A DNA stretch of 64,000 nucleotides, from the sequence record NC_048182.1. The stretch is one strand, 5' to 3'. Of this stretch, positions 32,089 to 41,707 are shown one piece after another. The position numbers and the translations under genes are program-made. The notes under the pieces were generated by a model. That model made no database searches. It saw nothing but the letters and a program-made list of their open reading frames with translations, and was not told the origin of the DNA. Numbering within the stretch: position 1 is the first letter of the stretch; each line of letters begins with the position of its first letter.

Positions 32089-32825
32089 TGGATGTAGAGA
32101 AGTTAAAACATGATATAGGGCTGGTTGGTACAGCCCTTAAACTCATGCCGGATAAAAGTGTCGTTGCTCTTAAGAAACTGACTGTTTGTTTCCCAAAGCG
32201 TTTCGAACAAAGTAACTTAGCTGAGATTGCTGACACTGTACACACCGTGCTTATGTGCGGTGTGGTTGTTGGTGACAGTTATGGTTTCCTTGGTGGACTC
32301 ACTAAGGTAACAATGAAACCTGGGGATATTTACGAAGAGACGATCGGTAATGATCGTTACTATATGCTTGACTTCGAACCTGGTGATGTAGTGATCGAAT
32401 CGTTGACTGTTCCTATGGACAGTAACATCGGTTATTACTATTACTTAGAGTTCACCAAGTATGCTCGTATTCCTTGGTATCTCGACGAAGAGAAATTACT
32501 CAGCGTATATGACGAAGCTAAGTTCTATACCGGTAAATCCATGGGTACCTCTAACCACGCTATTCGAGTTCTATATTCGCTGGTATTACGCGATCCAAAG
32601 AACCTTGATGTACCGTTCCGTTATAGTTCGGAACTTGCTGACCCTAAAGTCAAACCTCGTATCATCGGTATTAACAACCCTGGCCAGTTACTTAACTCTA
32701 CCTTCAGCCGTTTGGCTTCTGGTTACATGAGTGATAACATCGTCTCCGGTATTCTTAATCCTGATACCAAAGTCACCACTATGGAAGAAGTCTTCCGTGG
32801 CTTACCTTCTCAAGGAGACAACTAA
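32088..32825 (+). CDS. Virion RNA polymerase beta' middle subunit (phiKZ gp176-like)
   Basis: 245 aa immediately upstream of the prohead protease; conserved position and the STFSRLASGY motif. Confidence 0.7.
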   Translation: MDVEKLKHDIGLVGTALKLMPDKSVVALKKLTVCFPKRFEQSNLAEIADTVHTVLMCGVVVGDSYGFLGGLTKVTMKPGDIYEETIGNDRYYMLDFEPGDVVIESLTVPMDSNIGYYYYLEFTKYARIPWYLDEEKLLSVYDEAKFYTGKSMGTSNHAIRVLYSLVLRDPKNLDVPFRYSSELADPKVKPRIIGINNPGQLLNSTFSRLASGYMSDNIVSGILNPDTKVTTMEEVFRGLPSQGDN

Positions 32826-33676
32826 TGTCAGAAATTAGTTTGGGGAACATCGTTCTTGCTCACAGTGGTAAGAAAGGTATTCTGAAACCTAATGAACAAG
32901 GACTATATCTGCTTAATGCAGGTGGGTTCAACATTCCTAACCATGCTGGTATTACTTATCCAGCCAACGATTACATTGTCGCTCAGATTGAAGAAAACTC
33001 TGATTTGCAACGCCGCGCTAAGATGGGCTATTGCAAAATGGAAGTTGAACATCCAGAACCTTTCTTTTATGTAATCGAAAATGGTGTTAAATATCGTCAA
33101 CCTATGACTGACGTTCTTCAGTGGATTAACCGTCTGCGTTCTTATGACCCGGATAATATCTGTGGTCTGATTAGCAAGGTTATTTTCCGTCTGGAAAACC
33201 CGAACGATCTGTCAGCACCTATCTGGAACGAAATCCTCTGCAAGCCATTTGGTCCTAAGGGTGATCAGTTCCGTGAATCTCTGGATACCCCAGAGCACAA
33301 CACTGCTGTCAGTATCCGCACTCAGATCTCTCCATTCCGTCCTGGCGAAACACGTAAAAACGTTGAATACTGGACTGGTTATGACTGGGTTGCTGAACCT
33401 GGTATGATTCATGCTAACAAGCACATGTCTGCCGGTTGCGAATCCTTCATGTCAGAAATGAACATGAGTTCCAACGTTCAGAAGTTTGCTGTTGCTAAAG
33501 TCATTGCCCGTATGGAAGAAGCTATGGCGCAGGCTGCTACTAACACCGAAGCTCTTGAACACGTTGGTGGTATGGAAGCACTGAATCATTTCTCTACCAT
33601 GCTGAATATGATGAAATCTAAGTATCGCACTGGTGATACTGTTCAGGTTGGTCATAGCTTTACTGATATCTTTTAA
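32825..33676 (+). CDS. Prohead maturation serine protease (phiKZ gp175-like)
   Basis: GGFNIPN, EVEHP (His), AVSIRT (Ser) and GYDWVAEPG; C-terminal self-cleavage-like GGMEA. Confidence 0.88.
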   Translation: MSEISLGNIVLAHSGKKGILKPNEQGLYLLNAGGFNIPNHAGITYPANDYIVAQIEENSDLQRRAKMGYCKMEVEHPEPFFYVIENGVKYRQPMTDVLQWINRLRSYDPDNICGLISKVIFRLENPNDLSAPIWNEILCKPFGPKGDQFRESLDTPEHNTAVSIRTQISPFRPGETRKNVEYWTGYDWVAEPGMIHANKHMSAGCESFMSEMNMSSNVQKFAVAKVIARMEEAMAQAATNTEALEHVGGMEALNHFSTMLNMMKSKYRTGDTVQVGHSFTDIF

Positions 33677-33682
33677 TCATCT

Positions 33683-33711
33683 CCCTTACCCTTCCGAAAG
33701 GAGGGTAAGGG
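33683..33711 (+). terminator. Conserved palindromic hairpin
   Basis: cccttaccc-t-tcc-gaaa-gga-gggtaaggg followed by T-rich sequence. Confidence 0.75.
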
Positions 33712-33787
33712 TTATGTTTTATTTTCTCAGATTAGTTTCCATTATACGTTAACTAATACAAATCTTTTATTTGAAAAGGAAAGAACA

Positions 33788-34558
33788 ATGTCTCAAGAAT
33801 CCGCTCTGTCTCCAGCAGTAACTGCAATGCACGTCGCTCAGGTTGAGAAAGCTATGGATGAGCCAAACTCCATGCACGCAGTTGTTGAAGGCCGTATGAA
33901 AGAAACCAGTGATGAACTGGGCTCTATCGGACAACCTTTCCACAGAACTATGCCTGACCATGTTGCTATTGAGCAAGGTGCCGGTGAAGGCAAGCAGACA
34001 TGGGTTAAGTACGGACCTAACCTGAACACTCTGCGTATTGCAACCCAGGTTCGTGAGCTGGCGCTCCAAGGTGTTACTCTGAAGAACACCTTTAAAGAAA
34101 TGCAGCACGTTTGGGAAAGTCTGATGACTGAAGACAAACGTTGCCTGATTGTAGAACAGGAAGCCACCAAAGTAAAATACCAACTGGTTAACCTGTATGC
34201 GGTCAAACTGATCAGATATCTGCGTTCCATTGTTGGTCTTGACCTGGTCCCTCTGGCTCAGCAAGACCCAGAAACCCGCACCTGGAAACTGGATGCGATT
34301 ATCCTGAACGTTGCTTCCAACAAAGTAAAAGATCACGACCATCTGTTCCGTATGTTCCTGGTAAACTTGTTTGGGATGTCTGAACAACTGGTTGATTTGT
34401 CTCTGGAACCAACCTGGGCTAAATACCGTGAATACATTCGTACGGTATATGATTTCGATCTGGGCGATACCGAAGAAGTGACTGAAACACCTGACCTAGA
34501 ACTGATTGATGGAGCAATCTACAATCTGCTGTCCGGTAAAGCTCTGGCGTTCTTCTAA
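33788..34558 (+). CDS. Hypothetical, probably virion, protein
   Basis: 256 aa with an AAGGA RBS, next to the protease. Confidence 0.7.
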   Translation: MSQESALSPAVTAMHVAQVEKAMDEPNSMHAVVEGRMKETSDELGSIGQPFHRTMPDHVAIEQGAGEGKQTWVKYGPNLNTLRIATQVRELALQGVTLKNTFKEMQHVWESLMTEDKRCLIVEQEATKVKYQLVNLYAVKLIRYLRSIVGLDLVPLAQQDPETRTWKLDAIILNVASNKVKDHDHLFRMFLVNLFGMSEQLVDLSLEPTWAKYREYIRTVYDFDLGDTEEVTETPDLELIDGAIYNLLSGKALAFF

Positions 34559-34608
34559 TACATATGAGGGAACTTCGGTTCCCTTCCCTATAGTTGTCTG
34601 GAGAGTTT

Positions 34609-35181
34609 ATGGAACATCAAGTTATAGATTTACGCAATAACCCTCCTAACCAAATGACGGCCATGGAGCGTGCTGCAGTTGGTTCTGGTTACATGAACAT
34701 TCGTAAGCAATTCGAACAGATTGAGAACAGTCTGTACGAAGTCACACTGACCGTTGTTAACCGTCCTTGTGAGAATGGCAAGATCTACGAGATTACTCGT
34801 GATGAACTTGACAAGAAGTTACAGGCGATGGTTAACAAGCACATCGGTGAAATCGACCACAATGCTGTTAAACGTGCTATGAGTAATCATGATACCTATT
34901 CCATGGCTCGATTACGTTTGGCGACAGTTGTTGTGGAAGACTCTGTTGGGACTCTGAAGTCTTACTCAATTGACGGCATTCGTGATGGTAGTGGGTCTTT
35001 GGTTGTGCGTGGTCGCGTTTGGTTATCTCCTCGGGCTGAAGAAATGATCAAGTCAGGTAACTATATATTCGCAATGCGTTCATCCATTGTGAAGTGGAAA
35101 CATAACGAGCCAGCTACAAGGCTTGATATGATTCATGGATTCGACCTGTTGCTGGAAGCTGAGTTTGACAAAGCCATCTGA
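34609..35181 (+). CDS. Prohead-protease-fold paralog lacking the catalytic Ser
   Basis: NRPCENGKIY, GEIDH, FAMRSS and IHGFDL mirror the protease motifs. Start is ATG 34609 after GGAGAG. Confidence 0.6.
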   Translation: MEHQVIDLRNNPPNQMTAMERAAVGSGYMNIRKQFEQIENSLYEVTLTVVNRPCENGKIYEITRDELDKKLQAMVNKHIGEIDHNAVKRAMSNHDTYSMARLRLATVVVEDSVGTLKSYSIDGIRDGSGSLVVRGRVWLSPRAEEMIKSGNYIFAMRSSIVKWKHNEPATRLDMIHGFDLLLEAEFDKAI

Positions 35182-35191
35182 TTTGAAATAG

Positions 35192-35200
35192 ATATTATTA
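35192..35200 (+). promoter_or_regulatory. Putative early promoter ATATATTAT
   Basis: tttgaaatagATATATTAT; identical cores occur at 37937 and 43139. Confidence 0.55.
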
Positions 35201-35311
35201 GAGTGTATCTCATAAAGGTATTTATAAGTAGTCGATCTTGGTCGGCTATTTGTAATAAGACGGGCTAATCGCCCAAAGCCAATAAACGTTCAAATATAAA
35301 GGAACGACATC

Positions 35312-36292
35312 ATGTTAAAAGATAAATCTTGCTACGCCACTGAAACTGCTTATGCTCGTGCTTACTTCCTCCATAAATCCAAAGTTCAGGATTACCTGAT
35401 GGATCCGGTATATGGTTCTCATATCCGTGTCATCACACCGACAGAAGACCAGCCAACACCTGTCGAAGGTAAGGGATATTATACTCGTCCACAGTTCTGT
35501 TTGATTAGTAGTGTGGGTGCATCTCGTTTATATGAGATGGATGAAATCCCTAAACTGCTGGATGGTGTTAGACTTGTTATTAAGAGTCTGGATGTGAGAG
35601 GTAAAACCGACATTCACTTTGGTGGTAGTAATTCAAAATACCCTGCGTTGTTTACCAGCGATTGGGGTGCTCTCAGATTCACTACCATGCAAGGTAGTAG
35701 TGAAATGTTTGTCACTGGCGTTCTTCCATCAAAAAGCGAACGTTTCACAGCAGAACGTCATAAAACCATTCTAACTAACTTGCATGATTCATTGCAGTTG
35801 ATCATTGACGGTAAAGGTCCTAAAGAAAAGATTCTGAAACTGGACAATGAAATTTTCACCGTACTACCTCGTAAAGATCAGGGTATTCGTATTCCTGTCC
35901 GCATTAGTGCGCTCAGAGGAACAGCTCCAGGCATTACCACCATCCGTATTGGATCTCATGGGCAGTTGATCTGCTTGCCAATTAATGAAGCTGCAGATGT
36001 CTTTAACCGTTACATGGAAAATGCGGTTGACATTAGTGAACGTCTTCTCGCCGCTGGTTCTCCTGCTGGTTATGGGGAAGTTAAGTTTAACGGCAATGGT
36101 CCTGACATTAATATGGAATATGTGAATGCTCGCATCATTCCTCTTAAAACAGGTGACAGCGCATTTGTCATTTTAAATTCTGACCGCTATCCTGGTAATA
36201 CCAAACTTGGGTTCCACTATGACCCAGAGTTCTGTAAAGAACTTAATGAGGCCTTCCAGGAAGTCGTCAAACAAATGAAAGGCATGCTTTAA
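35312..36292 (+). CDS. Hypothetical protein with an apparent three-fold internal repeat
   Basis: 326 aa; strand-strand-helix units loosely resemble paralog family A. Confidence 0.65.
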   Translation: MLKDKSCYATETAYARAYFLHKSKVQDYLMDPVYGSHIRVITPTEDQPTPVEGKGYYTRPQFCLISSVGASRLYEMDEIPKLLDGVRLVIKSLDVRGKTDIHFGGSNSKYPALFTSDWGALRFTTMQGSSEMFVTGVLPSKSERFTAERHKTILTNLHDSLQLIIDGKGPKEKILKLDNEIFTVLPRKDQGIRIPVRISALRGTAPGITTIRIGSHGQLICLPINEAADVFNRYMENAVDISERLLAAGSPAGYGEVKFNGNGPDINMEYVNARIIPLKTGDSAFVILNSDRYPGNTKLGFHYDPEFCKELNEAFQEVVKQMKGML

Positions 36293-36549
36293 TGAAAAAG
36301 GTCTTGTTGATTCTGTTAGGGATTTGTAGTTTTTCTGCTCTAGCGACCAAGTACGATGATACCGTCGAACCTAAGATGCCAAGCGATTATGTAACTCAAG
36401 ATCGCTTCGTGTCTACTGCCATGCGTGGTACTATGGATTTGATCATCACCGATACCAAAACGGGCTGCCAGTACTTCGTAGTGGACGCCGGTGGGTATTC
36501 AAAACCAGCAACATCACTTGGGTGCTTTGAAGAGTACAAAAAGAAATAA
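36292..36549 (+). CDS. Small exported protein
   Basis: Signal peptide MKKVLLILLGICSFSALA; IITDTKTGCQYF motif with two Cys in the mature part. Confidence 0.75.
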   Translation: MKKVLLILLGICSFSALATKYDDTVEPKMPSDYVTQDRFVSTAMRGTMDLIITDTKTGCQYFVVDAGGYSKPATSLGCFEEYKKK

Positions 36550-36560
36550 CCCGTAAATGA

Positions 36561-36588
36561 GGGAACTACGGGAAATCCCGTAGTTCCC
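36561..36588. terminator. Perfect hairpin
   Basis: gggaactacggg-aaat-cccgtagttccc. Confidence 0.7.
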
Positions 36589-36601
36589 CATAGGAGTATT
36601 T

Positions 36602-37018
36602 ATGTCTGAAGAAAAAGAGTTTAAAACGCTAGAAGAAGTTTTAGCGGTTGTGGAACCAAAGAACGTGTTTGTCATTATTGAGATCTCTCAGGACGATGTG
36701 AAAGTAGAGAACGATAACTTGTTCTTTAAGCCTGTAGACCTACTCGATCACGCTACTCGTTGCATGGAAATCACAGAGCGTATTAAAGCAGCTGTCGATA
36801 AGGTAACTGTTCGTAATGCTTCAGCGTATCTTCAGCCGACTCCTGAAGGTCACGCTAAATTGATGAATCGTTACATCTTCATTAGTGAAGGCGCATTGCA
36901 CGATATCAAGCTGTCTGATCTTACTCTGGTCTATCGCTTAGATGGTCGTTGTGAAATTACCCACTTCCCTTCTAGCGAGAAAGCTGAAGCTCTCTTACCT
37001 CACCACGTGGTGGACTAA
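36602..37018 (+). CDS. Small alpha/beta protein, paralog array D
   Basis: TLEEVLAVVEPKNVFV...SDLTLVYRLDG, shared with the ORFs at 37178 and 37516. Confidence 0.75.
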   Translation: MSEEKEFKTLEEVLAVVEPKNVFVIIEISQDDVKVENDNLFFKPVDLLDHATRCMEITERIKAAVDKVTVRNASAYLQPTPEGHAKLMNRYIFISEGALHDIKLSDLTLVYRLDGRCEITHFPSSEKAEALLPHHVVD

Positions 37019-37178
37019 ATGCAAACTAACTTTAGTACAGGATACCAACCTACTGGGACCTCTAAGGAAGACCTTTTTTTTTACTTCTGATTTAACTTTA
37101 GTGGTTAATGAAAATGGGAAGATCATCCCTATTCGTTTAACCGTCCGTTCTGAAACTATTCGGGAGTTTAGTTTATAA
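37019..37178 (+). pseudogene. Short array-D paralog interrupted by a T9 frameshift
   Basis: MQTNFS...EDLFF in one frame continues as FFTSDLTLVVNENGKII in the +1 frame across 9 T at 37074-37082. Confidence 0.55.
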
Positions 37179-37513
37179 TGAAAGAACAAACTTTGGTAGA
37201 ATATCTGAAACAACACAAGTTCGAATCTGTCTTTGTTGTATCAACCCCTGAGCATGATTCTAAACGCGCTCGAGTCATCGATCTCATTCAAGATACCTTG
37301 GGTGTGAAAGCGGTTCCTGGGATCATGGAATTTGACGCGGCGCGTTCATCTATCGGTAGACCAAATTACAAGGTCACGGATATTAACGGGAAGGCTGACA
37401 GGAAGTTACTATTTACTTCCAACCTGACCCTTTCTATCACTGACGGGTATCCTCAGGTCATCCGTGTTGATTTAAAATACGGCGATTCAGTTGGCAAGAG
37501 ATTTACGGAGTAA
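37178..37513 (+). CDS. Small alpha/beta protein, paralog array D
   Basis: TLVEYLKQHKFESVFVV...KLLFTSNLTL. Confidence 0.75.
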   Translation: MKEQTLVEYLKQHKFESVFVVSTPEHDSKRARVIDLIQDTLGVKAVPGIMEFDAARSSIGRPNYKVTDINGKADRKLLFTSNLTLSITDGYPQVIRVDLKYGDSVGKRFTE

Positions 37514-37515
37514 TA

Positions 37516-37917
37516 ATGGCTAAGCAACTTGAAAATTTACCTGATGAGATTGAAACACTTGAGCAGTTCCTTGAGTGGATCAATCCTAAATCCATCTTCT
37601 TCGGGTATGAAGGGTTCGGCAAAGATGAAATGCCCGACGATGATAACCCGAGCATGAAGGAAGAGTTTGCTACACTTTGTGCACGTATTCAGAAAGCTTG
37701 CCCTAAAGCTCTGTTTACAGCTGAACCTTTGTATATGAAGATTGTCCAAAGTGACTTCTTCTGTACCAAGATGAAGTATATCTTCACCAACCCTAAAGCT
37801 AAGTGGCAGGAATGCATCAAAGCGGACCTTGCATTTGTTTATGGGTGTGAAGGTGAATGGCACCTGGCACGAGCTGGAGATATGAAGCCTTACACAACTG
37901 TTGATTTAGTTTTGTAA
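37516..37917 (+). CDS. Small alpha/beta protein, paralog array D
   Basis: TLEQFLEWINPKSIFFG...KYIFTN...KADLAFVYGCEG. Confidence 0.75.
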   Translation: MAKQLENLPDEIETLEQFLEWINPKSIFFGYEGFGKDEMPDDDNPSMKEEFATLCARIQKACPKALFTAEPLYMKIVQSDFFCTKMKYIFTNPKAKWQECIKADLAFVYGCEGEWHLARAGDMKPYTTVDLVL

Positions 37918-37936
37918 TGGCCAAATAGCTTCAAAC

Positions 37937-37945
37937 ATATATTAT
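37937..37945 (+). promoter_or_regulatory. Putative early promoter ATATATTAT
   Basis: ttcaaacATATATTAT upstream of the ORF at 38015. Confidence 0.55.
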
Positions 37946-38014
37946 CGAATTGAGCAGAAATGCTGGGAAGACAAACATGTACTTCCTGTTCTTCATTAAT
38001 AGAGAGAAAACATA

Positions 38015-39280
38015 ATGCAACCTTCAGGCTATATGTATTTATTGAATCCAGAAAACGGCAACTTAGTTAATGCTAAAACTGGTAAAGATGTTGAAATCAT
38101 TAACTGGGAAGATCTGGTTAAAGATGTTAAAACTATCGTCATCGGTATTGATGGTCGTTTGGTATATTCACCAGGCATTGAAAATGCGATCATTCCTTTC
38201 CAGGAATGGTTGGGTAAAAACCATCCCGATGTTGAGCTATCTTTACATTCAGGTCCAATGGATTTCGAACGTCACCTCAGTAAAGATGTGATCCTGGAAG
38301 CATGCGCTTATGGACTCCATGTATCCATGACCGGACCGAATTCTGGCAAGGTGGGTAAAATGGCTAAGTTCATTCAACTGGACGATCCTGAATTTACCCG
38401 CGAACTCCATCTGGAAGTTACTAAGGATGACCAGGGAAATGTGAAGTCTATTGTGGAAGTTGATAAACTTCGCGAGGGTAAAAACATGAATGACGAACTG
38501 TTGAAGTCCGACCACCCTCTGATCAACCAGCACTTCACAGCTGGGATCTCTCCAGGTCGTTTTTACATGATGGGGTCGCATACTGGCGCAGCTAAATCTA
38601 AGCTGACAAAGGCTAGCGAGGTACTGGAACATTTAACCACATGTATCGAACTCAATGGTCGTGCATTACAAGTGTTCATTGGTTTCACCGATCCACTTGC
38701 TTCGAAAGCTAACGCAAACGCTAGTAAAGCGTTAGCGCAGGCAATGCCGGAAATAGTGGGTTCGGAATGGGTCGGTGTTGCAAAAGAACAAGATGCAGAT
38801 CTTGGGCTGGTGTTTGATGGCAAATGGTGGATCATTACTAAGTGCCGTGGTTCGATGAATGGTATTGTGGGTAACCGTTTGGTAACTCAGGCGTTGCTGG
38901 ATGAAGCATGTCGTAACGTCAACATCAAAGACGCTTATCCTAAAACCCCAGCTCCGGTTAAGCCAGAACAAATCAATGCATATGACGTTGATTGGTCTGA
39001 AGCAACCAGCGGTGTGTTAATCATCGTTGATTATCAAACACACATGGGTGAGGGTGAAAGCACTCTGAATACCGATCTGCTTGGACGCATTACTGATGCG
39101 ATCTTCAGTAAGAACCTGGACCAGTATATCATGGTTAAAGGTGATACTGATGGCGATTACGAAACACGACTGGAGCATGCCATTGCTAATGTCAGTTGCG
39201 TGGTACGTATTTATGATGGTGAGGCGGTGTTCATCAAGTTTAGTGGGATGCCTCAACTGAAAGACACCATTATTCACTAA
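38015..39280 (+). CDS. Multi-module protein with degenerate DnaB/RecA-fold fragments
   Basis: TAGISPGRFYMMGSHTGAAKS (Walker A-like), EQDADLGLVF...IITKCRG (DnaB C-terminal-like) and VLIIVDYQ (Walker B-like). Confidence 0.55.
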   Translation: MQPSGYMYLLNPENGNLVNAKTGKDVEIINWEDLVKDVKTIVIGIDGRLVYSPGIENAIIPFQEWLGKNHPDVELSLHSGPMDFERHLSKDVILEACAYGLHVSMTGPNSGKVGKMAKFIQLDDPEFTRELHLEVTKDDQGNVKSIVEVDKLREGKNMNDELLKSDHPLINQHFTAGISPGRFYMMGSHTGAAKSKLTKASEVLEHLTTCIELNGRALQVFIGFTDPLASKANANASKALAQAMPEIVGSEWVGVAKEQDADLGLVFDGKWWIITKCRGSMNGIVGNRLVTQALLDEACRNVNIKDAYPKTPAPVKPEQINAYDVDWSEATSGVLIIVDYQTHMGEGESTLNTDLLGRITDAIFSKNLDQYIMVKGDTDGDYETRLEHAIANVSCVVRIYDGEAVFIKFSGMPQLKDTIIH

Positions 39281-39342
39281 TAACTCCAGCTTCAATTATA
39301 AGTTAACCCTGTAAATTAATTTCAATTAGAGAGATATAGACA

Positions 39343-39801
39343 ATGTCTAAAGTAAACAAAGCGTTCGGCAAACTGATGGATTCCCGTGTAGATGCTCTGG
39401 TGAAAGGTGCAACAGTTCATAAAGAAACTCACCACATCAGCTTCGGTATTCCAGAAGAGCTGACTGAAAAGAAAGACTTCGCGTTTAAGAACAATCTCGA
39501 GGTTGTTCAACATGCGGTCGATCTGGTTAATGGCTATGGCCTGGCGGTTGAAGCGGCGACTACTCAAATCGCTCAAGATCAATTCCCAGAAACCAAGATT
39601 GAACGTTGGGACGGTAATCTGAAAGCATTTGACGGCCTGACCTTCAACTCTGATGTTCGCCTGCGTGAAGTGGTTGGTGAAGATACCATTTATGGTGTTA
39701 CTGAAACTTTCATTGACCACCCACACTCAGTTGACATGGTCACCTGGTATTCTGACTTCGCTGCCGTGAATGAAGAACGCGCTAAGAAACTGTTCGACTA
39801 A
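39343..39801 (+). CDS. Hypothetical protein with highly expressed-type codon bias
   Basis: 152 aa, followed by the hairpin cctctcctgg/ccaggagagg. Confidence 0.8.
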   Translation: MSKVNKAFGKLMDSRVDALVKGATVHKETHHISFGIPEELTEKKDFAFKNNLEVVQHAVDLVNGYGLAVEAATTQIAQDQFPETKIERWDGNLKAFDGLTFNSDVRLREVVGEDTIYGVTETFIDHPHSVDMVTWYSDFAAVNEERAKKLFD

Positions 39802-39866
39802 TCGACCAGCCCTCTCCTGGTTCTGCCAGGAGAGGTTCTTAGATCTTCTTTATTTTTGGCAGAAGC

Positions 39867-40409
39867 ATGGAACATAAAACAATAAATCGGGTACTCATTG
39901 GTGATGACCTATCTCCAGATATGATTATTACTAATAACACAGTTATCAACGATGCTGTTGATGATAAGCCCATATGGAAGGGTGATTGTGAGATTAGATT
40001 CTATCTTGGTGGTCGTCCTGTCATTTTACATAATGATACAAGCAGTGACGATAACAAGGGATCGCTAAAAGAGTACAGGAGAAAGCTAGAGCTTATTAGG
40101 GACATGACCGCTGAAGTATTAGCATGGAGTAAAGAAAAGCCGTCAGAGGGCTTCCTATTGCGTGAATTCTTGAATCCTCTTGATACTGCTCAGCAAAGGT
40201 TGTTTGGTGGAACCTTAATGATTCACTATAGCCCTTACTTTAAAATGGTTACGTTCGATATAGCTGATTGCAGTAATAAGCTTCGTCGTAGTTATAACGA
40301 TAAGAACTTTCCACAGTTTGCTAATCATGTCATTAATATTATTAATGAGTCGTTAGCTGACATGACTATATTAGAAGGTAAGTTAAATGGCATTACATCT
40401 AACACCTGA
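39867..40409 (+). CDS. Paralog family A protein
   Basis: FYLGGRPVILH...EY..KL..I...EFLN...FDIADCSNKLR. Confidence 0.75.
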   Translation: MEHKTINRVLIGDDLSPDMIITNNTVINDAVDDKPIWKGDCEIRFYLGGRPVILHNDTSSDDNKGSLKEYRRKLELIRDMTAEVLAWSKEKPSEGFLLREFLNPLDTAQQRLFGGTLMIHYSPYFKMVTFDIADCSNKLRRSYNDKNFPQFANHVINIINESLADMTILEGKLNGITSNT

Positions 40410-40740
40410 AGCTTTTAATAAAGCCTGTTCCTTGATGATGATCAAAGCGGTAGAACATCGACACTCAACTGTTAAAGCAAATATTGCTAAGAAAGCTGCC
40501 TATAAAGAGTTGAAACATTTCTTCTCTCTGGACGGTAATCTGTTAAAGATCGTTAAGCATGAAAGTAAATATTTCTTTATCGAAAGAGAGGTAGGGGGTG
40601 TATCAATCATTCCTAAACCTGGCGGGACTGGTATTTACGTTACCGCTGAGAATCTTCACCTGTTAGGTGGGTTCCTTAAACATTCTCCTAAGCCAACCAC
40701 TATGGCTCAATGGCGTCAAACATTTTTGGGGTTGTTATGA
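40387..40740 (+). CDS. Paralog family B basic protein
   Basis: C-terminal IYVTAENLHLLGGFL motif. Confidence 0.65.
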   Translation: MALHLTPEAFNKACSLMMIKAVEHRHSTVKANIAKKAAYKELKHFFSLDGNLLKIVKHESKYFFIEREVGGVSIIPKPGGTGIYVTAENLHLLGGFLKHSPKPTTMAQWRQTFLGLL

Positions 40741-41306
40741 ATCTGTCTAAAGTAAAACGCCTGCATCGTAAAGCTCGTCGTACTATGTACGCTCAAGCTC
40801 CTGATATGCGTGGTGCGACTTCTTTGGTTCATGTGACTAAGAACACGGTGAACCATAAACCAATCCGATCCATTACTCATGAGCTGTATGGTCAGGTAAC
40901 TTTCCATTTAGGAGCGGGCCATCCAATTACGATTCATGCTGAACCTGCGAGCATGGGTCATTTTGGTGCAGCTACCGACTATCTGGATAAGCTCCATGAT
41001 CTTATTCATTTCATGAGTAGCGCATTTCACCACCTTCATACTAAGAACGAAGATCTATTCGTTTGTCAGAAATTTCTAAACAATGGGGTTAACAATGAAT
41101 ATGGCTCCACGCTTTTTATTCGCATCCCTAAGAAATACGATCAACTTCCTTTCTGTGTCTTTGAGATTTCCTCTTGTCACTTTAAGGTCCGTTTAACCCC
41201 AGAGCGTGCAGAGTTGAAGAAGTTATTGAAGTTCTTCATCAAAGTCCTTGATCAGCACAACCTGGATTATGGTAACGCCATTGAAGTATTAAGGAGTGTC
41301 CGGTGA
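40737..41306 (+). CDS. Paralog family A protein
   Basis: FHLGAGHPITIH...DYLDKL...KFLN...FEISSCHFKVRL. Likely start MNLSK overlaps the upstream stop. Confidence 0.75.
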   Translation: MNLSKVKRLHRKARRTMYAQAPDMRGATSLVHVTKNTVNHKPIRSITHELYGQVTFHLGAGHPITIHAEPASMGHFGAATDYLDKLHDLIHFMSSAFHHLHTKNEDLFVCQKFLNNGVNNEYGSTLFIRIPKKYDQLPFCVFEISSCHFKVRLTPERAELKKLLKFFIKVLDQHNLDYGNAIEVLRSVR

Positions 41307-41707
41307 GTTTAAACATTTATGGTGAATTAGCAAAGTTCCGTGTTAATACTTTCTTTACGATGACTACTGCGCGAAAACGTGAATTGGTCTATCGAGATAT
41401 AGACAAGGTTCTGTTGCGCATTTGTAACAGTATCCGCAAGGGATACGCTTTGAAAGACCGTGCAAGGGCTGGGCAGGAGATCCTGCGGCGTTATCCTTAC
41501 TTTGAGGTAACAGTGGCTGACATCTACTCTCAGCGCGAGCTAGAGGTGGTTATTACTCGCAGGCACAAAGATGTTATTTCATCTATCACTATTAATGAAG
41601 ATAACATCGGTCAGTTTGAAGCTTGGTGTAAAGAGTGGCGTACTGAGCTTAAACCAACTGACTTTAGCGCGCTTGCGCAATTCAACCCTAACCAGAGATA
41701 TTGGTAA
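41303..41707 (+). CDS. Paralog family B basic protein
   Basis: ITINEDNIGQFEAWC motif; GTG start overlaps the upstream stop. Confidence 0.65.
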   Translation: MSLNIYGELAKFRVNTFFTMTTARKRELVYRDIDKVLLRICNSIRKGYALKDRARAGQEILRRYPYFEVTVADIYSQRELEVVITRRHKDVISSITINEDNIGQFEAWCKEWRTELKPTDFSALAQFNPNQRYW

